A stretch of DNA of 56,234 bases, counting the filler, from Malassezia furfur (taxonomy: Eukaryota): NCBI GenBank assembly GCA_052055015.1. It is 2 parts of 2 records of this genome, joined end to end, with 100 filler letters (N's around TTAATTAATTAA, not from the genome) between each part and the next. Parts side by side here need not be neighbours in the genome. Positions count along the whole stretch, not along the records: positions 1 to 28,114 come from JBQJIT010000112.1; positions 28,215 to 56,234 come from JBQJIT010000113.1. One strand, written 5' to 3'. A model generated the notes under the pieces. The model saw nothing but the letters and a program-made list of their open reading frames with translations, was not told the origin of the DNA and made no database searches. Position numbers and translations under genes: made by a program. Of the stretch, positions 20,065 through 29,197 are shown one piece after another. Numbering within the stretch: position 1 is the first letter of the stretch; each line of letters begins with the position of its first letter.

Positions 20065-21448
20065 CTACGAGGCGGCCGCAGGCTCGGGCGCCGCGGCAGG
20101 CGCGTCGTCCGCGGCAGGCGCGCCGCCGGCCACGTCGGCAAGCGCATTCGGCACGCGGTTTTGCACATTGCTGGCTGCAAGGTCAGGTCCTCCTCTTGCG
20201 TACATACTCTGGATCGTCGTAATCAGCGTCTGAATACTCTTTTGCCACTGCGACAGGCGCTCCTCCAGCGCAGTCCACTGCGGCTTGTCAAAGGTGCGGT
20301 GCGTCGAGCGGTACACCCGGAACGACTGCTTCACCTGCGACAGCTTGCCGGACACGAGACCCGCGCGGATCACGTCAATGACCCACGCTTCGACCTCGTC
20401 GAGGCTCACGTCCAGCACCGCCGCCATGTCCGCGTACGACACCTCTGCCGAGACGCTCCGCGCGCACAGCGTCGCGAGGTCCAACAGGCGCATCTTGCGG
20501 CTGAGCGCCTCGGCGTCGAGCGACAGGCGCGCAAGCTCCGCGCCATGCGCGCCGCGCCACTTTTCCAGGTCGGCGTGCGTGCCGCCCACAAACACCTTGA
20601 GCAGCGCGAAGACGGGCGTGCCGTCCAGCTCCGCGGTGATCGGCACACGCAGCAGCTCGTCCATCTCAAACAGCTTCGGCAGGCGCAGCACATCGGCAAT
20701 GATGCGCTCCGCGGCCGCTTTCCGCTCGTCGGCGGACAGCGCCGTCTCCTGCGAGACGTAACGCAGGTGCAGCAGCGAGCATTGGTACGCCTTGGCCACC
20801 CACTCGGGGCCACAGTCGGGGCCCTGCAGCGCATCGGCCACGCGGGCCAGGCACGCGCTCTTCTCCGACGCAGGCACCTCCCACTGCGCAAGCCACGTCG
20901 GGAGCCACACCAGCGCCGTCTCGAGGAAGTCCATGTCGCCGTTCACCGACACCAGCGACAGCAGCGCCGAGAAGATGGTCAGGCGCTCGGGCGACGTCGC
21001 GGGCAGCACGTTGAACAGGTTCGCCAGGATACGGTACTTGACCACGCTGCGCTCCGCCGCCGCCTGCGCGCTCGTGTCCGCGACACTCTGCACGAGGTGC
21101 GACAGGAGCGACGCGCGTTCCTCGCCGTCAAAGTGCTGCACCACCAGCGTCATCAGTAGATTAAACAGGCCCTCGACCTCTGCGTCAGCCACCAACCCAC
21201 GCACCGCGATCCGTGCCCTCGGTGACGCCGGGCGTCGCCTGCACGAGCTTCGTCAGGACGGCGCGCGCCTGCGCCGCACCGTCCGCGGCCTCGGCGGCCT
21301 CGTCGGCGGCCGCAGCCTCCTTGATCAGCGCATCCGACCACTCGGCGCGCTGCGACTCGGGGTACGACCGCGAGAGTAGCAGCGTGAGCTCCTCCGTATA
21401 GTCACGGAGCGTGCCGTCGTTCAGCACCGACACCAGATCCGCACTCAT
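20065..21448 (-). CDS. Translation initiation factor eIF3 subunit M (PCI domain)
   Basis: EVEGLFNLL, RKMRLLDLATL, EVEAWVIDVIRAGLVSGKLSQ, STHRTF..QW..LEERL..W; introns 21180-21204 and 20175-20207. Confidence 0.9.
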
Positions 21449-21522
21449 CGTCGACACGAACGTTGGGTCTCCTTCTGCGCCTTTTTCTTCACGTGGCACC
21501 CGCACGTGATACTCCGCCCGCG

Positions 21523-21939
21523 ATGGCGTCCCTGTGGATCATTAACAAGGCCGGCGGCCTCGTGTTCCAGTCGGAACACTTTGCGTACCCACACCGCGCG
21601 AACGGCGAGCCGGAGCTCTCGTCCAATGACTATCTGATCCTCGCGGGCACGCTCCACGGCATCCACGCGATCGCCTCGCGCATCGTCCCGGCACCGGGCA
21701 AACACTCCCAGGGCCTCGAGGTCCTCGAGGCCGAAAACCTGCTCATCCACATCAAAATGACCCAGACAGGCACCAAGCTCGTCCTCCTCACCCATACAAC
21801 GCACCCGAACCCGGCCGCGGTGCTCGACCGCGCCTACCGCCTCTACGTCGACCACGTCATGAAAGACCCGTTCTACATCGCCGAAATGCCCATCCGCATC
21901 GACGCGTTCGACCGCGAGGTCGCTGCGCTGCTCCAGTAG
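21523..21939 (+). CDS. TRS23: TRAPP complex subunit (sybindin family)
   Basis: LWIINKAGGL, LSSNDYLILAGTLHGIHAI, TGTKLV, YVDHVMKDPFY..EMPIR...FD. Confidence 0.93.
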   Translation: MASLWIINKAGGLVFQSEHFAYPHRANGEPELSSNDYLILAGTLHGIHAIASRIVPAPGKHSQGLEVLEAENLLIHIKMTQTGTKLVLLTHTTHPNPAAVLDRAYRLYVDHVMKDPFYIAEMPIRIDAFDREVAALLQ

Positions 21940-21948
21940 CCGATACCC

Positions 21949-22361
21949 TTAGTCGCGCAGCAATGTACATTTTTTGAGGATGCGCACCAGCGCCTCGGGC
22001 TTGCGGTTCGGCGCTATGGCCAGGCACGTCGGCACATGCTCAGGCTCCTCGATCCACAGGTGGTACGGCGGCACCTCGCCGGCACCTGCCGCGTCCAGCT
22101 GCGCAGCCAGCGCCTCTAGACTCGTGTTCTTCGGCGTCTGCAGCACAATCTTGTGCATCGAACCCAGGTGCTCGGGCGCAACGTATGCCTGCGTATCCGC
22201 CCGGTCCGCAGTGCGCGCCAGCACCGCCGTCGCAGCATGGGCCGCCTGCGCCATCATGGGGCCCATAGTCCACCCGTGCTCCTGGCATCAGTACCACCAC
22301 CTACCTTGATCAGCGCACGGTCCACGATGAGCTGCATCACCAGCGGCGTCACCGACGTCAT
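21949..22361 (-). CDS. PTH2-family putative peptidyl-tRNA hydrolase (PTRHD1-like)
   Basis: LVMQLIVDRAL|..WTMGPMMAQAAHAATA, MHKIVLQ, HLWIEEPE..PTCLAIAPN; 23-nt intron 22282-22304. Confidence 0.85.
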
Positions 22362-22419
22362 GGTGTGGAGGGCAGTCCACGCCCCGCAAGTGCTCACAAC
22401 ACACTCCGCATCTACATAG

Positions 22420-24036
22420 CTACGGTGCGCGCTTGGTACGTGCGCGTGTACTCCGGCGAAGCTCTGGCGCATCGTCTCCTGACGCGCGTGCAGGACGCGG
22501 AAGCAGGGACGTCTGCGACGCCGTACGGCCCCGCGGCGCGCCTGCACGCGCGCTCGATCGCGGCGCGTCCGGTTCGGTGCGCACCGTCGTCGTGACACGC
22601 TTCGCCGAACCCACGCTGGAGGTATGCGTCTCGCGCAGGCGCCGCTTTGGCGCAGGCGCCGGTGCATCCTCGGGTACATGCTTCGCCGTAGCGCGGCGGC
22701 CACGCGCGCTTGCGGACGAGGGGGTATCTTGTGCCTCGGCAGGCTGCTCCGCATCGCGCGGCGCGCGCTTGGCGGCCGAATCGTTCATAGCTGACCGGGG
22801 AGCGCGGCGTGCACGCTTAGCCGCCGGCGATGGTGTCGGCTGCGGCGCACGCTTCGTGGGCCGAGACGCACGCTCAGTCAGCATGCGCATGAGTGCCGAC
22901 TCGGCGCTCTCCGAGGCAGGCACGGCGTCCTCGTCTTTGGGCACAGGCTCCGGTGTGTGCGGCGCATCGTCCGAGTTTTCTGTAGTAGGCGGCGTGCGCC
23001 CTGCCATACGCACTGTGGGCTGGTCTGCCAAGGGCACGCCTTGGGAGCGCCGCAGCATCGCGTTCGGTGAAGTGGTTTTGACGTCCGGCGACGTGCTCGG
23101 CTCGTCCTTGACTGTAGGGTGAGTCGCAGGACGACCCGGGCTCTCTTTGGGTACTTTGGCCGCTCGGAGTGCGTCTGCTGCATGGGCCGCCGTCGACGTC
23201 GAGATGAGCCCAGGCGTATCCTCCTCCTTCTTGAGCGCTGCACCCGCGCGAGGACTCTGCGCGGCACGAGGCGTACGCGGCGTACGCGGCGACCGTGAGG
23301 ATGTTTGTTGTGGCCGTACCGACGGCGTCGATGGGGACGCCTTGCGGGGCGTGGCCCGCTTGCCTTCGCGCCAGGCAAAGCGGCCAGGAATAATCGGCGT
23401 AGAGAGACTCGTGGGCACCCAAGGACCCTGGGAGAGCTCCTGGGCGGTCTCCTCCATGGCATCCATCGGACCAGCCCGGCTCAGGTTGCCGAGCGCGCGC
23501 AGGCGCCTCGGAATTCCCTGCGTAACGGCGCGCCGAAGCGGCGCAACCAGGCGGCCCAGCACAAACCCCAAGAATAGGACAAGTCCGTGTGCCCAAAGCG
23601 TTGCGCGGTCAATTGCGCCTTCGTACCGCGCAATCACTGGTCGCAAAATCCGCTGGAATACGAGCGATGGCGCCTGGATCAGCATACCACGTACCGTCGA
23701 CCGGTTGGCCAGCATCCACAGGAGCCAGACGGTCTGCAGCGTGCCGCAGAACGGCACAAACCATGCAAGCACACTGTCCACCAGCGGGCGCACGCATAGG
23801 TAGACAAACCACACGCCGAGCGCACGTACGGCCTCGGCGACGCGGGTACGCCGGCGCGGCGTGCCGACACGGCGTACGGCGCCTGTGTCAGTATGCACCG
23901 TCGTTTGCCCCCAATCGCGCGGCGCACGGTGCGCGGCGCGCCGCGGCGTCTGTGCATGCATCAGCGCATGGTGCAGATCGAGTATGCACAGCAGCGACAC
24001 GGCCGACTCAAGTACAAAGTTGAGCAGCGCCGGCAT
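22420..24036 (-). CDS. TB2/DP1/HVA22 (REEP-like) membrane protein with long basic Pro/Ser-rich tail
   Basis: Hydrophobic N-terminal half with W..Y...VDSVLAWFVPF..LLWML..LVFQRILRPVIARYEGAID pattern; in-frame 21-nt intron 23674-23694. The ORF-track start at 24792 is an antisense shadow. Confidence 0.6.
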   Translation of the reverse strand: MPALLNFVLESAVSLLCILDLHHALMHAQTPRRAAHRAPRDWGQTTVHTDTGAVRRVGTPRRRTRVAEAVRALGVWFVYLCVRPLVDSVLAWFVPFCGTLQTVWLLWMLANRSTVRGMLIQAPSLVFQRILRPVIARYEGAIDRATLWAHGLVLFLGFVLGRLVAPLRRAVTQGIPRRLRALGNLSRAGPMDAMEETAQELSQGPWVPTSLSTPIIPGRFAWREGKRATPRKASPSTPSVRPQQTSSRSPRTPRTPRAAQSPRAGAALKKEEDTPGLISTSTAAHAADALRAAKVPKESPGRPATHPTVKDEPSTSPDVKTTSPNAMLRRSQGVPLADQPTVRMAGRTPPTTENSDDAPHTPEPVPKDEDAVPASESAESALMRMLTERASRPTKRAPQPTPSPAAKRARRAPRSAMNDSAAKRAPRDAEQPAEAQDTPSSASARGRRATAKHVPEDAPAPAPKRRLRETHTSSVGSAKRVTTTVRTEPDAPRSSARAGAPRGRTASQTSLLPRPARASGDDAPELRRSTRARTKRAP

Positions 24037-24112
24037 CCACGCAGCTACGCCGCGAAGAAGCGGTGGAGGGAGCACTGCGGGGGAGGGCAGCACGAAGCTT
24101 CCTCCACTCACC

Positions 24113-25288
24113 ATGTTTGTGCGCGCTGCACCGTGTGCCGTGCGCCGTGCGCGCATCTGGACGCCGCCTGTCCGTGCACTCGCTACCGCATCGCGGCCCA
24201 AGGTGCTGCTTCTCGACGAGATCCAGCTCGCGACCAAGGACCTGGACCGCCTCGCACAGACGGCCGACGTTCTCGTACGTTTCCCCCCCTTTGGCTCACG
24301 CAGCGCAATGATACGCAGTCGCGCGACGAGTTCCTCGAGGCCGTGGCGCCGGGCGGCAAGTACGCCGACATCCGTGGGCTGTACCGCCACTTCGGCGGCG
24401 CCCGCAGCGTGCGCATCACTGGCCGCTTTGACGAGGAGCTCGTGGATAAGCTCCCGGCGTCGCTCAAGTTTATTGTGCACAACGGCGCAGGCTACGACCA
24501 GCGTACGTGCTCGAGCTAATCCAGTCGACATCCCCGCACTTACGGCCAAGGGCATCCAGGCGGCCAACGTGCCGACGGTCGTCAACGAGGCAAGTGCCGA
24601 TACGGCCCTCTTCCTTCTGATCGGTGCGATGCGCCGCTTCCCCCTCGCCATGGCGCACCTGCGTGCGGGCTCGTTTAACCAGCAGTTCCCCTTCCGGACC
24701 GCGTCGGACCCGGAGGGCAAGGTGCTGGGGATTGTCGGTGCCGGCGGCATCGGCCAGGCGCTCGCCAAGAAGGCGGCGAACGCGCTCGGCATGCAGGTGA
24801 TCTACCACAACCGCCGCCAGCTCAGCAATGAGCAGGAGATGGCGGGCATGCCATCGGGCACGCGCATGAACTACTGTGCGTCGCTCGACGAGCTGCTGGC
24901 CAAGAGCGACGCCGTGAGCCTCAACTGCCCCCTTACACCCGAGACACGGCACCTGATCAGCGACGCGCAGTTTGCCAAGATGAAGCGCACGGCGGTGCTG
25001 ATCAACACGGCGCGGGGGCCCGTCGTCGACGAGGAGGCGCTCGTGCGTGCACTCCAGCAGGAGACCATCGCTGGCGCGGGCCTCGATGTGTACGAGCATG
25101 AGCCCAAGGTGGGCGAGGCGCTGCGTGCGCTCGGCGAGACGCGCGCGCTGCTGCTGCCGCACGTCGGCACGCTCAGCCTGCAGACGCAGACGGCGATGGA
25201 GGCCGCATGCATCGACAATCTACTGCATGGCCTTGCCACGGGCAAGCTGCGGTACACGGTGCGTGAGCAAGAGGGAGTCGCATTCTAA
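24113..25288 (+). CDS. D-isomer-specific 2-hydroxyacid dehydrogenase (glyoxylate-reductase-like), with putative mitochondrial presequence
   Basis: HNGAGYDQ, GKVLGIVGAGGIG, NCPLTPETRHLI, LINTARGPVVDE, GLDVYEHEP, LPHVGT; introns 24275-24303 and 24503-24524; Arg/Ala-rich N-terminus. Confidence 0.9.
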   Translation: MFVRAAPCAVRRARIWTPPVRALATASRPKVLLLDEIQLATKDLDRLAQTADVLVRFPPFGSRSAMIRSRATSSSRPWRRAASTPTSVGCTATSAAPAACASLAALTRSSWISSRRRSSLLCTTAQATTSVRARANPVDIPALTAKGIQAANVPTVVNEASADTALFLLIGAMRRFPLAMAHLRAGSFNQQFPFRTASDPEGKVLGIVGAGGIGQALAKKAANALGMQVIYHNRRQLSNEQEMAGMPSGTRMNYCASLDELLAKSDAVSLNCPLTPETRHLISDAQFAKMKRTAVLINTARGPVVDEEALVRALQQETIAGAGLDVYEHEPKVGEALRALGETRALLLPHVGTLSLQTQTAMEAACIDNLLHGLATGKLRYTVREQEGVAF

Positions 25289-25293
25289 GTAGG

Positions 25294-25683
25294 CTACCGT
25301 ACACCAAAGAAGTGGCGTACCCGCTCGGTCCACGACGGGGCGACCGACTGGCCGCGTGCGACGCGGCCCATGGCCTCGACGAGCTGGGAGTAGTAGGTGG
25401 GCGTCGAAGCGGGGTGCAGCACATTGCGTGGCGTGGGGTACTGGGTGAGACGGGACCGACGTACTTCGCGCAGGCTCTCGCTGCTGCGGATGCGCTCAAG
25501 TGCTGCGAGCGACTTGCGCAGCTCGGCGAGGCTCGCCTTGGCCTGCGATGCGCTCGGCATCTCGGCCTCGGTGGCGCGCCGGATGGCCTCGCCAAAGTCG
25601 AGGTTCGGCCGCAGCGGGTCCTTGGGCCACGTCTGCGCGAGCTTGAGCAGCGCCCTGCGCACGTCCTGCGCGGCGCCCGACAT
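25294..25683 (-). CDS. Cbp6/UQCC2-like complex III assembly factor
   Basis: WPKDPLRP..F, ALERIRS, YP...LHPASTPTYYSQLV..SWTER; in-frame 24-nt intron 25441-25464. Confidence 0.7.
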   Translation of the reverse strand: MSGAAQDVRRALLKLAQTWPKDPLRPNLDFGEAIRRATEAEMPSASQAKASLAELRKSLAALERIRSSESLREVRRSRLTQYPTPRNVLHPASTPTYYSQLVEAMGRVARGQSVAPSWTERVRHFFGVR

Positions 25684-25714
25684 GGTTGGGAACAAAAGGC
25701 CACGTGGCTACGTC

Positions 25715-27208
25715 CTACGGGGCACCGCTCGGCGGCGCGTCGGGCTGCGGTGGAGGCGTGGCGCCAAACATGCGCGAAACGCCCTCCCAGGCGTTGAGCT
25801 TCATCTCACGCAGCTGCTTCTCCTGCTCCTCCTGCATCTGCTTGCGCAGCTTCTCTCCGTTCTCCTGCCAGAACTTTTGGTCCTCGAGGTAGCCCTGGTG
25901 GAAGCGCGCGCGCTCCAGCTCCACAAACGTGGGCGGCGGCTCGTTCGTCATCGGCTGGCCGCTCGCGATGCCGCCAAACATGGACGACAGGCCGCCCAGG
26001 CGCTGCTTCTTGGCATGCCACTCCTCTTCGTGGCGCTGCTTGATGAGCTGCTCGTTCTTGGCGTGCTCGGTGGGGATGTGCTTCCCTTCGTACGCCTTGA
26101 GCGTGTTGCGCACATCCTCCACGCCGTAGATGCCGATCGCGTCCAGGAAGGGGATGAGGCCCACGAGCTCCCGGTCGCCCTTCTCGCCCTGCCACGGCTT
26201 GAGCAAGATCGCGTTCTCGGGCTGCATCGAGACGTGCTCGGGGTTGGTGTCGAGCAGGATGACCTTGCGCGGGTCACGGTTCAGGTAGGTGATGTCCTTG
26301 ATCAGCTTGCCGTCCTTCTGCAGGCAGCTCTCGCGGAAGAGCTGGTAGGCAATGTACCGGCGGTCAGGGTCGAGCTTCTCGATGATCTTCTCCACAACGT
26401 AGAAGGGTTGCGTCGTGAAGATCACAATCTCGTACCACTGCGACAAATAGCCAAGGAAGTAGTCCAGGCCAGGGCGCTTCGCCGTGCGCCACCCGGCGTC
26501 CGTGCTCCAGTGCGACGCCACCAGCAGCTGGTCCAGGTCCAGCACCAGCGTGTACGGCCGCGAGTAGGGGAACGGCAGGGGGTCCGGCAGCAGCTTGTCC
26601 CACACAGGCTTGGTCAGGTTGTCGCGCAGCGCCTGGTAGCGCAGCTTGATGCGGCCCAGGAACGAGTGCACGTCCTCCTTGTCGTGGAACATGTCGTGCT
26701 CGCGCTCGTCCAAGTCGCGGCCCATCATCCACACGCCGTAGGCGCCGAGCAGCGCCGTGCCCACGAGCATCATGCGCATCATGAAGCTGCGGTTCTTCTC
26801 GATCGACGAGCTGCCCTGCGAGCGCGCCTTGGCGTTGGTGCGCTTGCGCGTGCCGTCCTCCGTCGAGTCGTCCGCGGGCGCTTCGAGCGCCTCGCGGTCG
26901 AGGATCGAGGTGGTATCAATGTCGAGCGGGATGCCGCCCTTGGGCGGGGGCATCGGCGCCTCGGCGCGCGCGCCAGCCTCCTTCGCCGACGCCTCGGCGC
27001 TGGATGCGTCCGCGGCCGCCTTGGCGTCGGACGCCGCAGCGCCCGTGCCCTGTGCGCCGTCGTCCGGCGGTGGCGGGCCTTTGCGCGACGTGCGCAGCGT
27101 GCGCAGCGTGTACGGTGTCATCGTCCGAGGCATGTGCAGCACGGCACACGGCGCGGGGCGCGCCACGGCCGCGCTCCGCAGCGAGCGAGCCACGAGTCCA
27201 ACGAGCAT
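25715..27208 (-). CDS. TIM50: Mitochondrial import inner-membrane translocase subunit
   Basis: Presequence plus TM segment, then KLLPDPLPFPYSRPYTLVLDLDQLLV..GWRTAKRPGLDYFL, LNRDPRKVI, QPENAI. Confidence 0.94.
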   Translation of the reverse strand: MLVGLVARSLRSAAVARPAPCAVLHMPRTMTPYTLRTLRTSRKGPPPPDDGAQGTGAAASDAKAAADASSAEASAKEAGARAEAPMPPPKGGIPLDIDTTSILDREALEAPADDSTEDGTRKRTNAKARSQGSSSIEKNRSFMMRMMLVGTALLGAYGVWMMGRDLDEREHDMFHDKEDVHSFLGRIKLRYQALRDNLTKPVWDKLLPDPLPFPYSRPYTLVLDLDQLLVASHWSTDAGWRTAKRPGLDYFLGYLSQWYEIVIFTTQPFYVVEKIIEKLDPDRRYIAYQLFRESCLQKDGKLIKDITYLNRDPRKVILLDTNPEHVSMQPENAILLKPWQGEKGDRELVGLIPFLDAIGIYGVEDVRNTLKAYEGKHIPTEHAKNEQLIKQRHEEEWHAKKQRLGGLSSMFGGIASGQPMTNEPPPTFVELERARFHQGYLEDQKFWQENGEKLRKQMQEEQEKQLREMKLNAWEGVSRMFGATPPPQPDAPPSGAP

Positions 27209-27304
27209 CTGCAGGCCAAAACGAAGAAGCGCCGCCGGCCGCGGTCCAGGTTTAGTCAGCGGCGCGGCCAGGCGTGCGCCGTGCGCACTGCGTCGAAGCG
27301 CGCG

Positions 27305-28114
27305 ATGCCGGACGCGGCGCCCAGCGCACAGGAGCTCACACATGTTGCGCCCTCGTTTGGCGAGCCGGGTGCGGCGTACGTGTACCAGCCCAAGGCACTG
27401 GGTGCACGGTATCCCCAGCCAGAGGCGCCGCGCTTGTCGATCGTCCTGCCCGAGGCGCCCCTGTACATGCTCTTTGCGCACCGCGTCTGGCGCGCGGGCA
27501 TGCTGCTTGCCGACGCGATCTACGCGGGCGCCGTGGATGTGCGCAATGCCAACGTGCTTGAGCTCGGCGCGGGGACCGGCCTACCGGCGCTCACGGCGGC
27601 CGTGTGCGGCGGCGCGCGCTTCGTCGTAGCTACCGACTACGACGACGACTCGATCCTCGCGGCGCTGCGCGCCAACGTCAAGCGCACGCTCGCGGACCAC
27701 ACCGAGCATGCGCCGATCGTCGTCGCGGCACACACATGGGGGCACCGCATGGACGACATCAGCGACCTGCTGTCGGCCCGTGCTCCGGTGCTCTTCGATG
27801 CCATCCTGCTCGCCGACTGTGTCTGGGAGCGGTTCTCGCACGACGCACTGGTCAAGTCGATTACGGCCCTGCTTGCACGCACGCCGTCCGCGCGCGTATA
27901 CATGGTTGCGGGCTTGCACACGGGCCGCGCGACGCTTGTGCACTTCTTTCGTAGGATGCTCGCGGCGGGGCTCGTGCTGGTGCCGGTGCCGGGCGACTGG
28001 CCCGCGGAGAATGCGCCGGCGCAAGGCGAGGCCGATGACGAGTACGTGGTCGGCCGGCAGCACATTCTCGAGCTCGAGGTGGCCGGCGGCGACGCGGGCG
28101 ATGCGTCCGCAGCC
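27305..28114 (+). CDS. SAM-dependent protein methyltransferase, NNT1/EFM7-like (3' end truncated by the gap)
   Basis: LFAHRVWRAGMLLAD, VLELGAGTGLP, VVATDY, HTWG, FDAILLADC, AGLHTGR. Confidence 0.8.
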
Positions 28115-28214
28115 NNNNNNNNNNNNNNNNNNNNNNNNNNNNNNNNNNNNNNNNNNNNTTAATTAATTAANNNNNNNNNNNNNNNNNNNNNNNNNNNNNN
28201 NNNNNNNNNNNNNN
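28115..28214. other. Artificial contig-joining linker / assembly gap
   Basis: 44 N + TTAATTAATTAA (stop codons in all six frames) + 44 N = exactly 100 nt. Confidence 0.97.
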
Positions 28215-29013
28215 CGGCGCGCTCGCGCTTGTTGATTTTTTGGAACATGTGCATACGCGCGACCTCGCGCGCCGACACGGAACGCATAAGTGTTGCACGC
28301 TTTGGGTTGCGCGGCGGCGTGCTCTCTTCCTGCGTCGTCTCGGCGGCCGTCTCGGGCTCGGACGCCGCCGACTCGAGCGAGACGTCCGCGGACACCGACT
28401 CGTCGCCCGGCGCGGCGGAACGCGCCTCGTTCACGCTCCGAATGAACGCAAACATGTCGTTGTAGGGCATCGGTGTCGTAGCTCCGAGCAGTTTTTGCAT
28501 GGTATACGCGCGGGCCACGCGCGACGTCGCACTCGCCGATGCCGAGCGCGACAGCCCCGACTTTTTGCGCTCCTGCAGAATCTTGCGGCGGAGCTGGTCG
28601 AGCGAAGGGAGCGCTGGGCCCTCGTCCGCGTGCGGTGTCGTGAGCTGATCGAGGGACTGTGCACGCGGCACGTCCCCCGACGTCGATGGCGACAGCCACG
28701 GCGTGCTCCGCGGCTCTGACACGTCCGAGTCGTGCGCTCCAGCACCATCGAGCACAAGCGGCGGCACAAGGCCCGCGGTTGGCGTGGGCGATACGGTGTT
28801 CGGCACCGCCTCCGCGGGGCGCACGCGGATACGCCGTGGCGATACGCGCCGAATTTCGCGCTGCGACGCTGCGCGACGCAGTTTCGCAATCGCGTCGAGG
28901 CGCACGTGCGATGGCGAGGTATCGGCCTGCGGACCATCTTCCTGCCCATGTGAGTCGCGCCGGAGTGCACCAAGAGGCGCACGCGGCGGTCCACCGGCGT
29001 CCGGCGCGTCCAT
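28215..29013 (-). CDS. Hypothetical Ser/Pro/Arg-rich protein (3' end truncated by the gap)
   Basis: Open frame from MDAPDAGG with motif-like blocks RLDAIAKLRRAASQRE, LPSLDQLR, LSRSASA..ARAYTMQKLLG; divergent from the Ubc2-like gene. Confidence 0.65.
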
Positions 29014-29197
29014 ACCGTGCGGCGCGACACAAGGCGTTCGGCCTGCGAGCTCGGTGCGCGGCGCAGCGCTTTGCTGAGGTAAGCGGTGGCCGCCGCCCAG
29101 ACGTGCAGCGCCGCGTGCCAAGACACGCGCGCCCCCCACCGCCGCGGCCGCTGCCCAAGTGGAGGCAAGGCCATTGCACGCTTCCCTGACGACGGCG

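Noticed and set aside
22420..24792. 790-aa ORF
   Set aside because: The first ~250 codons are antisense to the dehydrogenase; the plausible gene starts at 24036.
25397..28162. 921-aa ORF suggesting a large methyltransferase fusion
   Set aside because: The N-terminal part is antisense to CBP6/TIM50; the real CDS begins at 27305.
28159..28170. TTAATTAATTAA as a piggyBac target or biological repeat
   Set aside because: Centred in symmetric N runs; a standard assembly linker.
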